A program made the position numbers and the translations under genes. The notes beneath the pieces are model-generated. The model searched no databases. It was given only the letters and a program-made list of their open reading frames with translations, and was not told where the DNA came from. Shown here piece after piece: positions 43,945-53,892 of a DNA stretch of 64,000 bases. The first letter of the stretch is position 1; the number at the start of each line of letters is the position of its first letter. Source of the stretch: Alphaproteobacteria bacterium (lineage in GTDB: Bacteria > Pseudomonadota > Alphaproteobacteria > JAAXGF01); assembly GCA_963555825.3 (NCBI GenBank), contig CAUVXB020000001.1, forward strand, positions 896,001 through 960,000. Direction: 5' to 3'.

Positions 43945-45171
43945 GCGGTCTCAATGGGTCGACGCAACACTTTATCTTGAACGAAGAGATGGAGTGTATG
44001 CAGATGACGCGAAGAAATGGTCGAGGGTTCAGTTCGGCAGAGAAGACGGAGCTTTGGGACCGCTGGCAACGCGGGGAGTCGTTGAAGGCGATTGGTCGGG
44101 TGTTTGGTAAGCCGTCGTCGTCGATTTATTTCCAACTATCGCCGCACGGCGGGATCCGGCCTTCGCCACGACGGCGCTCGCGGCTGGCGTTGAGCCTATG
44201 GGAACGCGAGGAGATCTCACGGGGGATCGTGGCCCGGCACTCGATCCGATCGATGGCGTTGTTGCTGAGCCGGTCGCCCTCGACGGTGAGCCGGGAAGTT
44301 CGCCGCAATGGCGGTTATGATCAGTATCGTGCCGCGCTTGCCGATGACATGGCCTGGGCTCGAGCGCGACGCCCGAAGCGATGTAAGCTGGCACTGAGTT
44401 CGGGGATGCGGCGGGTGGTGGCGATGAAGCTCGGGTTGAACTGGTCACCGGAGCAGATCGCCGGATGGCTCAAGCGAGCGCATCCAGGAGCTGGGTCTTA
44501 TCAGGTGTCTCACGAGACGATCTATCGCAGTTTGTTTGTTCAAGCCCGCGGTGTGCTTAAGAAGGAGCTGCTTCAGCATCTTCGATCGAAGCGCACGATC
44601 CGACGCTCGAAAGAGGCGCGCCGGAAAGGCGTTGGCCGGGGTCAAATCACGGACATGGTGTCGATCCGTGAGCGCCCGGCCTCGGTCGAAGATCGGGCGG
44701 TGCCGGGTCACTGGGAAGGTGATCTGTTGTCGGGATCGAAGAACAGCTACATCGCGACCCTGGTCGAACGTCAAACGCGTTACGTGATGTTGGTAAAGGT
44801 TGCCAACAAGGAAACCCTGACAGTGGTATCCGCGCTCATCAGGCAGGCGAGGAAGCTGCCGACCGAGCTCTACAAGTCCCTGACCTGGGACCGGGGCAAG
44901 GAACTCGCGGACCATCGCCGGTTCAGCTTGGCGACCGACATCGATGTCTACTTCTGTGATCCGCAAAGCCCGTGGCAACGGGGTTCCAATGAGAACACTA
45001 ATGGCCTGCTCAGACAGTACTTCCCCAAAGGCACCGACGTGTCGGTATACTCGCAGGCTCATCTGAACAAAGTGGCGCGTCAGCTCAACGAACGGCCACG
45101 CAAAACCTTGGGGTTTGAAACACCGGCAGAGAGATTCAACGCTTGTGTTGCATCGACCGGTTGAGGCGGCA
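43945..45171 (+). mobile_element. IS30-family element
   Basis: IRs GCGGTCTCAATGGGTCGACGCAACAC and GTGTTGCATCGACCGGTTGAGGCGGC. Confidence 0.9.
43998..45164 (+). CDS. IS30 transposase
   Basis: WSPEQIAG, SHETIY, GHWEGDL, TWDRGKE, WQRGSNENTNGLLRQYFPKG. Confidence 0.95.
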   Translation: MQMTRRNGRGFSSAEKTELWDRWQRGESLKAIGRVFGKPSSSIYFQLSPHGGIRPSPRRRSRLALSLWEREEISRGIVARHSIRSMALLLSRSPSTVSREVRRNGGYDQYRAALADDMAWARARRPKRCKLALSSGMRRVVAMKLGLNWSPEQIAGWLKRAHPGAGSYQVSHETIYRSLFVQARGVLKKELLQHLRSKRTIRRSKEARRKGVGRGQITDMVSIRERPASVEDRAVPGHWEGDLLSGSKNSYIATLVERQTRYVMLVKVANKETLTVVSALIRQARKLPTELYKSLTWDRGKELADHRRFSLATDIDVYFCDPQSPWQRGSNENTNGLLRQYFPKGTDVSVYSQAHLNKVARQLNERPRKTLGFETPAERFNACVASTG

Positions 45172-45312
45172 GGTAGTAGCTGACATTGCGACGGATTAGC
45201 CAGCATGTCCGGTTCCCGCTCGTAAGCAGATGGGGTGGATGGCTCCCGCTCCCGGCACCGAGATGCCAAAGTGGTGGTTGTTATCAACCACGAGCAAGAG
45301 GAGCTATCCGCC

Positions 45313-45668
45313 ATGAAAGTTACCACTGTCGGCCTCGATCTGGCCAAGAACGTTTTCCAAGTCCACGGCATTGACAGCACCGGCAAGGTCATCGTCCGCC
45401 GATCGTTGCGCCGGCGCCAGATGATGCCGTTCTTCGGCAAGCTGGAACCGTGTCTGATCGGTATCGAGGCGTGCGGCACGAGCCACTTCTGGTCCCGCGA
45501 GCTCCAGGCATTGGGGCACGAGGTGAAATTGATGCCACCGATCTACGTCAAACCATACGTCAAGCGCGGCAAGACCGACGCCGCCGATGCGGAGGCGATC
45601 TGCGAGGCGGTGACTGACGCGCCCCACGATGCGGTTCGTCGCGATCAAGTCGGCCGAGCAGCAATCGG
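45313..45668 (+). pseudogene. IS110 transposase N-terminal fragment
   Basis: VGLDLAKNVFQVHG, IGIEAC, KTDAADAEAICEA; 4-bp TGAC duplication near 45613; cut by the 1420-bp IS. Confidence 0.9.
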
Positions 45669-47088
45669 TGTATCGCACCCGGTTCCTTGGACACAAGTTT
45701 GTCTCATGCGGCGGGCCTGAGTGACATCGCGGTGTGCCACGCCTGACGAGCTTGAGCGGGGCTCAGGTAGCCGTTCTTCTCCACGATCCACTGGGCATTG
45801 TACTGTTCGACGAACCCGCGGACGGCGTTCCGCAGCTCCGCGATGTTGCGGTAGATGCGGCCATGGATGATCTGTTCCTTGAGCGTGCGATTGAACCTCT
45901 CGGCGACGCCGTTGGTCTGGGGCTGTTCGACGAAGGCGTAGGACGGCTGGATGCCCCAGAACTTGATCTGGTTGGTGAAGTGGTCCGACAGATACTGGGA
46001 GCCGTGATCCATCCGCAAGGCCAGCCCCCGCGCCGCACCGGCGGAGGTCGAGGCATACAGCCTCGCAAGCCCCATGGAGATCGGCTGAAGGGCGGCGAAG
46101 CGGTCGCCTCGCTTGCACACATGCCAGCCGACGCACTCGGCGTTCCAATGCTCGATGGCGGTGAATATCCAGCCCCAGCCGTCGTCCACCGTGAACACCC
46201 GAACGCCGTCCGTGCCCCACATGAGGTTGGGGGCATGGGTGATGATCTCACCGACATGGGGATTTCCGCCACGGCGGCGGCAGCGATGGGGCGAGAGCAG
46301 GTTGTTCTCGCGCATCACCCGGAGCCCCCGCTTGCGGGAAACACGGATGCCACGACAGACCCGAAGCCGAGCCCAGACCTTGCGGTGTCCCTCGCCCTCC
46401 CAGGGGGATGCCTCCAGGTCGGCCTCGATGGCCACCAGCAGAGCCTCGTCCGAGATCGAGGGCTTCGGTCCCCGGCGCTTTGCTGGTGGGCGCTCAGCGG
46501 TGGCCTGCTGCCGGGATTTCATGGCGTAGAACGAGGAACGGGCAAAACCCCAGGCCGCACAGACCCGCTGGAGGCCGTAGGCCAAACCCGTGCCGGGAGA
46601 GGTGGCGGCACTCATCGCCGCGACCTCCGCCGCCCCAAAGGGCCGGACGTCTCCGTCTTGGCCTCCAGCAGTTCCACCTGCATGATCAACTCCCCGATCC
46701 GCTTCATGGCGATGTCCAGTTCCGCCTTCACCGGATCGCCCTTGCGTTCCTTGAGCGAGGCATCGATCCCGGCGATCGCCTTCTCACGCCACTGCTCGAG
46801 CCGGAAAATCTCCACGCCCAACTGCCGCGACAAAAGTTCCACCGGCTCGCCACGCAAAAGCCGCAGGGCAACCTCACGCTTGCGCGTCACCGTCCACCGC
46901 TGGCCAAGTCCCAGCGGGCCTGCCGGCGAAACCTGGCCCGGGGAAAACGTGGACGAGCCAAGCTCGCCCTCGTTTACCACAGGCCCATCAACAGCAACTT
47001 TGTTCTCAAAATTGTCGGTCATGTTCCGGTCCTCCTTGGACACTTCGATTAAGCCAATTCTGTGTCCAAGGAAATCGGGTCCGACTCA
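45669..47088 (-). mobile_element. 1420-bp IS, copy 3 (OrfB 45704-46615, OrfA 46612-47022), no target duplication
   Basis: Same ends, length and translations as copies 1 and 2; the two flanks are unrelated. Confidence 0.93.
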
Positions 47089-47847
47089 CAAAGGGCTACT
47101 CGCCGCGGCGGCTGACGGCAGACGAGGAAGCGGCGCTGGCGGCGGTCATCATCGCCGGGCCGGAGCCTGAGCGCGACGGGGTTTGCGCCTGGACCCGGGC
47201 CGATCTGTGCCGCTGGCTGGAGGAGCGCTTCGCCAAGACCTACCACCCCTCGAGCATGACCCGGGTTCTACGGCGGATGGGATTTTCCCGCCAGAAGGCG
47301 CGCCCGAGCCACCCGCGAAGGGACGCCGAAGCGCAGGAGCGCTTCAAAAAAGGGGGCTTCGCGACATCCTGAAGGCGACCGCCGCGGCGCATCCCGACAA
47401 GCGCCTACAGCTGTGGTTTCAGGATGAAGCGCGCGTCGGCAACAAGGGCCGGGTGTGTCACCGGTGGTGGCGCAGGGGCGAGCGTGCCCCCGGGACGCGT
47501 CAAATCGGCTACCAGTGGGCCTACATCTTCTCCGCCGTGCGCCCGGACACCGGCGACGACGTCACCCTGGTGATGCCGAGCGTCAACGCCAAGGTCATGG
47601 ACCTGTTTCTCGCACACTTCGCCGATACCCTGGACCAGGATGCGCACGCCGTCATGATGTGCGACGGCGCCGGTTGGCACGACGAGCGCGCCCTCACCGT
47701 CCCCGACAACGTCACCTTGGCGCTGTTGCCGCCTTACAGTCCCGAACTCAACCCCGTCGAGCGGGTTTGGCTCTACCTACGCGAACGCTTCCTATCGCTC
47801 CGCGTCCTCGACGACACCGAGGCCATCATCGACGCCTGTTGCCAAGC

Positions 47848-49222
47848 GAGCTATTGTCAAAAGTTGTGTATGGGCTGATCATGCGGCGGCGCGATCCTGG
47901 CGTTCTCCATCTACGAATTTGACGCCGCGAATGATCTCGGCGAGATGGTTCGATCCATCGAGTTTTCTCCATTTTCTCTGAGCGCACTGGCATAGTTTGA
48001 AGACCATGGCCATCGCCGTCTTGCGCGACAGGCAGCCCTTGGTCCGGTAGGTGCGCAGACGAACCGTGGCGAACGTGCTCTCGATGGGGTTGGTCGTGCG
48101 TACATGCTTCCAGTGCTCGGCGGGGAAGTCGTAGAACGTCAGCAGGACGTCGCGGTCCTTGGCCAGGCAGGCCGCGGCCTTGTCGTACTTCGGCCCGTAG
48201 GCTTCCAGGAAGAAGTCGAAGGCGCTCTCGGCATCCTTCCTGGTTTCGGCCATCCAGATGTCTTGCAGGCGCCCCTTGGCTTTCTTTTGCAGACCCTTGG
48301 GCAGCTTGTTCAAGACGTTGCCCGTCTTGTGAACCCAGCAGCGTTGCTCGCGGGCGCCTGGGTAGACTTGGCGGAGCGCCTTCCAGAAGCCGAGCGCGCC
48401 GTCGCCGAGCGCCAGTTGCGGACCCATTTCAAGGCCGCGCCGCTTGAGATCGAGCAGAACTTCGAGCCAGGACTGCTCACTTTCGCGATAGCCGTCGGCG
48501 ATGGCGATCAGTTCCTTCTGTCCCTTGTCCGTGGCCCCGACGATCACCAGGATGCACTGCTTCTCTTCCTCCATGCGGGCGCTGAAATAGATGCCGTCCA
48601 CCCAGAAATAGACGTAGCGCTTGGCCGTGAGGTCGCGCCGTTGCCAGCGCTCCGCCTCAACCCCCCAGACCTCTTTCAGCCGGGTGATCGTGGAGGCCGA
48701 AAGCCCCGGCGCGGAGCTCCCCAGGAGCGCCGCCAAGGCTTCCCCGAAGTCGCCGGTGGAAATGCCCTTCAGATACAGCCATGGCAAAAGGTCTTCCAGG
48801 CTCTTGGCGCGGCGCAGATAGCGCGGCAGGATCGCCGACGTGAAGCGGATGGCGCCGTCCCCCCGGTCCCGCACACGGGGTTGGCGCACGCTCACCGGGC
48901 CGATCCCGGTCTGGATGAAGCGTTCCGGCAGATATCCATTGCGGACAACCCGGCGGCGGCCGGCGGCGTCAACAAGCGCCGCATGGCTACCCAAAAACAC
49001 GGAGACCTCGGCCTCAACGGCTTGGGCCAACAACTCGCGAGCTCCAGCTTGTAGGACTTCCGTCAACGGATCTTTCTGAAAATCAGATGGGTTTTGAAAA
49101 GCAACAACGGTATTCTCTTTCATGGCGTATCCTTCCTTGGCTTAGCTCAAGTGGTGACATCAACAATCACCAGGATACGCCGCCTTCATTTCAACGCCGT
49201 ACACAAGATTCGGTTATAGCTC
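47848..49222 (-). mobile_element. IS256-family element with 9-bp target duplication
   Basis: GAGCTAT and ATAGCTC ends; TTGCCAAGC at 47839-47847 and 49223-49231. Confidence 0.95.
47879..49123 (-). CDS. IS256 (mutator-type) transposase
   Basis: VRNGYLPER, LYLKGISTGD, WVDG, GDGALGFW, QRCWVHK, RTTNPIES. Confidence 0.95.
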   Translation of the reverse strand: MKENTVVAFQNPSDFQKDPLTEVLQAGARELLAQAVEAEVSVFLGSHAALVDAAGRRRVVRNGYLPERFIQTGIGPVSVRQPRVRDRGDGAIRFTSAILPRYLRRAKSLEDLLPWLYLKGISTGDFGEALAALLGSSAPGLSASTITRLKEVWGVEAERWQRRDLTAKRYVYFWVDGIYFSARMEEEKQCILVIVGATDKGQKELIAIADGYRESEQSWLEVLLDLKRRGLEMGPQLALGDGALGFWKALRQVYPGAREQRCWVHKTGNVLNKLPKGLQKKAKGRLQDIWMAETRKDAESAFDFFLEAYGPKYDKAAACLAKDRDVLLTFYDFPAEHWKHVRTTNPIESTFATVRLRTYRTKGCLSRKTAMAMVFKLCQCAQRKWRKLDGSNHLAEIIRGVKFVDGERQDRAAA

Positions 49223-49312
49223 TTGCCAAGCATGGATCGACCTCATCGCAGAACCGGATCGTATGCGAACCCTCTGCGCCTATCCATGGATCATGAAGGT
49301 GATTTCATAGGC

Positions 49313-49720
49313 TCACTGGTATAACATGGCTAGAGGTACCAAGATAACCAATCTCTGTAAGATAATAATACCCCACGCTTTCCACAAACCGCCACTCAAT
49401 ATCCAAGTATCAAAAAAGAAAAAAGCAGGCCACGAAAACCCTACTTTTATGACTTCAGCCTCGTCATCCTCCGATATTTGGTAGATATCATAGGATCGTC
49501 CTGTTGTTTGATTTTCGGAAGATGAAGAGTTTGGCCCGATTATATGTGTAGCTTTCTGTGGCCTGATTTCTTCACCGCGTCGGAGCAAGATTTCTCTTGC
49601 CACATCCATCGCCTCACTCGTCCAATTTTCCCTGTTATTTTCAATCCAAAGGGAATGTAGCTCTTCGGTCGATTTTGGTTCTAACGACTGACGAATGCTC
49701 TTGTGTTGTTCGCTATCCAT
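49313..49720 (-). pseudogene. AT-rich membrane protein (DUF2628-like) truncated at its 3' end by IS630
   Basis: KVGFSWPAFFF..W motif; last codons and stop lie inside the IS630 end; GGAAGG RBS. Confidence 0.6.
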
Positions 49721-49785
49721 TTGTTCTCGCCTTCCTCGGAGAGCCGGAGCACCGTCGCGCCGCCATTTCCCAGATAACCTTTAAA

Positions 49786-49892
49786 CCGGGATTCTCCAGA
49801 TGGCTTCTCCCAGCCACCTACAATGATAGTAGAATGGGCATCCGAGCGTGTATCCGGCTCTGCACTGGCACAATCGGCTGTCGTACGCACTT
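49786..49892 (-). repeat. Second probable IS1380-type end remnant
   Basis: Ungapped homology to 40749-40855. Confidence 0.6.
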
Positions 49893-49994
49893 GATCGGGC
49901 TGATGTGTGACCTTATCGCTTTGTGTGTCATCCCGGTACGCTTGGGACAGTCGGTACGCTTTTAAGAGACAGACTTCTGACGCTGGCTCGCCGC

Positions 49995-50210
49995 CTTCGC
50001 CGTCTGCTGGTGATCGGCATGACATCACAGCTTCAATCGGCACGGCGCAAGCCCGAGGTTCACCCCTGGATCACCAACTTGCTGGTAAGCAAGCCCAACA
50101 AGCTGGTCGCCGTGGCCATGGCCAACAAGGCCGCGCGGATCGCCTGGGTCATCATGACCCGTGGCGAGGCCTACCGCGCTCACCGACCCGCAACTGAGGA
50201 GACCGCATGA
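49995..50210 (+). pseudogene. IS110 transposase C-terminal fragment
   Basis: LRRLLVIG..KLVAVAMANKAARIAWVIMTRGEAY. Confidence 0.85.
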
Positions 50211-50470
50211 CCAATTGATCGCTCGAAGGCACAACGCTTTCGACGATTGCAAGGACGACGAGACGTGATGGCGAACCGGTCAGACCGGGGATCGGGACAA
50301 CCCGACCAATGTCCTGGGTGTTCGAGCCCGCTAAGCGGACAACCCGACGAATGTCCTGGGTGTTCGAGCCCGCTAAGCAGATAGGGACCCGATCCACGGA
50401 TACCATCAGGGCCAGCGGTTCAACAAAACCGCATCAACAGGCCGGACACAAGACTGTACCTGACTAGGTC
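50211..50470 (+). ncRNA. Putative bridge/seek RNA of IS1111 #2 with a 42-bp tandem duplication (50295-50378)
   Basis: AATGTCCTG and TAAGCAG segments match the right and left flanks. Confidence 0.68.
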
Positions 50471-50757
50471 GCTACGCCGAAAAAAGTCCTTGCAACGCGG
50501 GAGCCATCCACACAGGACGTTACTGCACTGAATTTCCAAGCCTCGGCCTCGATGGTCCGCTATCCGCTCCAAAGCGGTCGCCCAGCGTGTGAGCCGCCGA
50601 AGTCGGTTGCTGACCCGAAGACGACCTTGGGGGTCCCGTGGACATCGGCGACAACCCGAAAAACAGTTCACTAAAGCAGGCAAAAATTTATGTTTGCCTT
50701 TCAGTCAAGCAGTGTCGGAACGTGGGACACTGGGTTGTCGTCGAAAATGAGGCGCAC

Positions 50758-52065
50758 ATGCAGGATCGAGAGACGTCCGATACCGAGAGCGATCTGATTT
50801 CGCGGGCAGCGAGGGTCCTGCCCGCCGGCGGTTTCGGCAATCTCGACCCTGGCATCGTCATTCGCGAGGGTCGCGGCGGCCGCGTCTGGGACGAGAGCGG
50901 CAACGAATATGTCGACTTTCTCATCGGCTCGGGCCCGATGCTGCTGGGCCACGGAAATCCCGAGGTCATCGAGGTGGTCGAGGCGCAACTGCGCAAGGGC
51001 GTGACATTCTTCACCTCGAACGCCGCCGGAATCGAGCTCGCCGAAGCGATCTGCGATGCGGTCGCCTGCGCCGAGCAACTGCGCTATGTCAGCACCGGCT
51101 CCGAGGCCGACATGTACGCCATGCGTCTCGCCCGCGCCCATACCGGCCGCGAGAAGATCCTGAAGTTCGAGGGCGGCTACCACGGCATGTCGGGCGAAGC
51201 GCTGATGAGCCTTGTCCCACGGCGGCTCGAAAATTTCCCACGTGCGATTTCCGATTCGGCGGGCATCCCGGAAGCCGTGCGCGACAGCGTGCTGGTGGCG
51301 CCCTTCAACGACGCCGCGTTCGCAAGGCAGCTCATCGCGGAATATGCCGACGAGATCGCCGGCGTGATCGTCGAGCCCTTTCAGCGGCTGATTCCGCCCG
51401 AGACGGGTTTTCTCGAGGCGCTGCGAGAGGCGACGACCGAGCACGGCATCGTGCTGATCTTCGACGAAGTCGTCACCGGCTTCCGACTGGCTTATGGCGG
51501 CGCGCAAGAACGCTACGGCGTGACGCCCGATCTCTGTACGCTCGGCAAGGTGATCGGCGGCGGCTTCCCGTTGGCCGCGATCGCCGGGCGCGCAGAGTTG
51601 ATGGCGCATTTCGACAAATCGAAAGTCGGCGCCGACGGCTTCACCTTTCAGGTCGGCACGCTGAGCGGCAATCCGGTCGCGGCCGTCGCCGGCCTGAAGA
51701 CATTGGAAATCCTGCGCCGCCCGGGCAGCTATGAGGGCATGCGCAAGACCGGGCGCGCGATCATGGCGGCGCTCGAGGCGAACCTGGCCCGCGTTGGCGT
51801 GCCGGCCCGCGTGGTCGGCGATCCAATGGTCTTCGACGCGGTCTTCACGGACCAGCCGGTCGTCGACTATCGCGGCACTCTGTGCGGCGACGTCGACCGC
51901 CTCCAGCGATTCAACATGGCCTTGCGGGCGCGGGGCGTCTTGAAAAACGGGAACAAGTTCTATATCGCGCTGGCCCATGACGCGACCGATATCGCCGACA
52001 CCAGGGAAGCGATCGAATTCGCGGCGGATTTCCTCGCCGATGTTCCCGATCGTGGTGGCGGCTGA
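50758..52065 (+). CDS. Class III aminotransferase (glutamate-1-semialdehyde aminomutase-like)
   Basis: GPMLLGH, STGSEA, FEGGYHG, FDEVVTGFR, LGKVIGGG, GTLSGNP. Confidence 0.92.
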   Translation: MQDRETSDTESDLISRAARVLPAGGFGNLDPGIVIREGRGGRVWDESGNEYVDFLIGSGPMLLGHGNPEVIEVVEAQLRKGVTFFTSNAAGIELAEAICDAVACAEQLRYVSTGSEADMYAMRLARAHTGREKILKFEGGYHGMSGEALMSLVPRRLENFPRAISDSAGIPEAVRDSVLVAPFNDAAFARQLIAEYADEIAGVIVEPFQRLIPPETGFLEALREATTEHGIVLIFDEVVTGFRLAYGGAQERYGVTPDLCTLGKVIGGGFPLAAIAGRAELMAHFDKSKVGADGFTFQVGTLSGNPVAAVAGLKTLEILRRPGSYEGMRKTGRAIMAALEANLARVGVPARVVGDPMVFDAVFTDQPVVDYRGTLCGDVDRLQRFNMALRARGVLKNGNKFYIALAHDATDIADTREAIEFAADFLADVPDRGGG

Positions 52066-52179
52066 GCGGGCATCGACGCAGGGGAACTCGGACGACCGAA
52101 GAGGCGGATCGGCAATCGATGCGTCGCTCTCATCGCCCAATTTACCGGGTCTTCAGGTTGCCGCTGCGTCGGGTCCGTC

Positions 52180-52812
52180 TTACGCGGCTTTCTCGGGCGG
52201 TCGTGTCGCGGTCATGCTGGGGCGCGCGCTCATGCGGCGCCACCACGCCTGCCAGCGCGGATGGCCGGCGAGCAGCGCCGCGCCTTCCGGCGCGCGGCGC
52301 AAGATGGCGATCATCGGCGCGGCGCGGAGATCGGCGAGGCATGGCGCGGCACCGAGGAAATAACCGTCGGGCTCGATCAGCGCCTCGATCGCCGTGAGGC
52401 AGGTCTCCGCGCGCGGCAGGGCCTTGGCGACCTTGGCCTCGTCCGCCGACCGCTCGACGCTCTCGACGTAGATGTCCCAAACCCAGCAGCGGTAGGCATA
52501 GCTGTCGAGGATGCTGGCGATTTGGCTGGCCCGCGCGCGCGCCCGCGGCGTCGCCGGCATCAGCGGCGGCCCGTCGAACGCATCGTCGACATAGCGCATG
52601 ATCGCGCCGGCCTCGTAGAGCCTGAAGCCGCCGTGCTCGAACGCTGGGATGCGCAGGAACGGGTGACGTTGGGCGTAGCCCGGCGGCGGCCCGCCGTCGG
52701 CGAAGATGTCGACCTCTTCGAGCCGGTACGGAACGCCCTTCTCCTCGAGCGCGAGGCGCGCGGCGCGGACATAGACGCTGTATGTGGCGCCGAACAGGAC
52801 GGGCGTGCTCAT
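52180..52812 (-). CDS. Glutathione S-transferase family protein
   Basis: SVYVRAARLALEEKG, HPFLRIP, LYEAGAI, LADL. Confidence 0.92.
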   Translation of the reverse strand: MSTPVLFGATYSVYVRAARLALEEKGVPYRLEEVDIFADGGPPPGYAQRHPFLRIPAFEHGGFRLYEAGAIMRYVDDAFDGPPLMPATPRARARASQIASILDSYAYRCWVWDIYVESVERSADEAKVAKALPRAETCLTAIEALIEPDGYFLGAAPCLADLRAAPMIAILRRAPEGAALLAGHPRWQAWWRRMSARPSMTATRPPEKAA

Positions 52813-52831
52813 CGCGCCACCGGACCGGCCG

Positions 52832-53065
52832 TTACGGTCGCCATTCGCCGGCGTCGAGCACCACGGTCAGCATGCGCCAGTCCTCGACGACATGGGCCCG
52901 CTTCGCGGGCCCCGGCGCGGCGCCCATCCGGTCATACAGCGGGCCCTGCATGCCGGCGTACTCGTCGGTGATCGGCCCGACCTCGTAGCGCGCCGCGCCG
53001 CGCTCGCGCAACAGCCTCAGCCATTCTTCATCCAGCACCTGCGTGTGGACGTCGATCACCGTCAT
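52832..53065 (-). pseudogene. In-frame chimera: amidohydrolase N-terminus fused to methyltransferase C-terminus
   Basis: First about 32 aa match the 38326 gene; last about 42 aa match the end of the 53893-54672 gene. Confidence 0.8.
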
Positions 53066-53240
53066 CTCGCGGTCCTCATTCGAGCGGTCGGCCGAGGCAC
53101 ACTAGACCGCCCGAAGCAGCAAGTACATCGTCGGCCGGCGCGGCCGGCAACAAGCTGCATTTTCAATACCAATTTGTCGCCGGTCGGCGGGCCGATTCCC
53201 GTATCATCGGAGATCTAGCGACAGCCGAGGGAGATGAACC

Positions 53241-53669
53241 ATGAGCGATCAATGGCAATACCAGGTACGGGTTTATCTCAGTGACGAATTCGCCGAGGTG
53301 GCGCGGCGCGATCCGGACGATCCCGCGATCAAGCCGCTCGCCGACGTCCTCGGCAGGCATCGCGCGGCGATGAAATGCCAGTTCGATGCCTTCGCCGGCT
53401 ACGTCGCCGAGGCCGAAGAGCGCGGCACCGAGAACTATCCGCTCTACGCCTGGACCAAGGCGACGATCGAGGATCCCGCCAAGAAGGAAAAATACCTGAA
53501 GTCCTTCACGCTCTATGTCGACGGCAACGAGGTCTACGCCAAGCAGCAAGCGGACGCGCTCGAGGCGGACCTGCAGCCATTGGTCGGCGGCGGGTTGATC
53601 ACACGAATGTCCAAGCACGATACCAACCCCGCAAACAACCCCCAGCCGCCGGCGCGCTACCGCAAGTGA
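53241..53669 (+). CDS. Hypothetical protein
   Basis: GGGAG RBS; host-like codon usage; no motif recognised. Confidence 0.8.
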   Translation: MSDQWQYQVRVYLSDEFAEVARRDPDDPAIKPLADVLGRHRAAMKCQFDAFAGYVAEAEERGTENYPLYAWTKATIEDPAKKEKYLKSFTLYVDGNEVYAKQQADALEADLQPLVGGGLITRMSKHDTNPANNPQPPARYRK

Positions 53670-53892
53670 GGCGCGGCGCGGTTGGCCGCTCCTCGACCTT
53701 ATCTCCCCGAATTCAACCCGACCATTGCCGGCCAGAGGTCATCTTGGCGGGTGGTCCAATCTCCTTTGCGCGTACCCCTTGGGTCTGTGCCTTCATGACC
53801 AGGATCACCGGAGACGTCTATGGTCTGGAGGGGAGCGGAGAGATCGAGTTGGGTCCGGTCCCGGGCCGCTGGATACTTCGGAACGATGCGCG

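Larger units (their letters stand above)
47089..49323 (+). pseudogene. 5'-truncated IS630-family element (frameshift type) interrupted by IS256
   Basis: RRMGFSRQKARP..FKK at an A/G slippery run near 47346-47356; WFQDEARVG, CDGAGWH, PYSPELNPVER; frame resumes QAWIDL..VIS* at 49310. Confidence 0.85.
45230..50515 (+). mobile_element. IS110 family, IS1111-type element #2 (both ends kept, centre replaced by nested DNA)
   Basis: Perfect 15-bp sub-terminal IR GTGGATGGCTCCCGC (45235-45249) and GCGGGAGCCATCCAC (50497-50511); CAG at both junctions. Confidence 0.8.
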
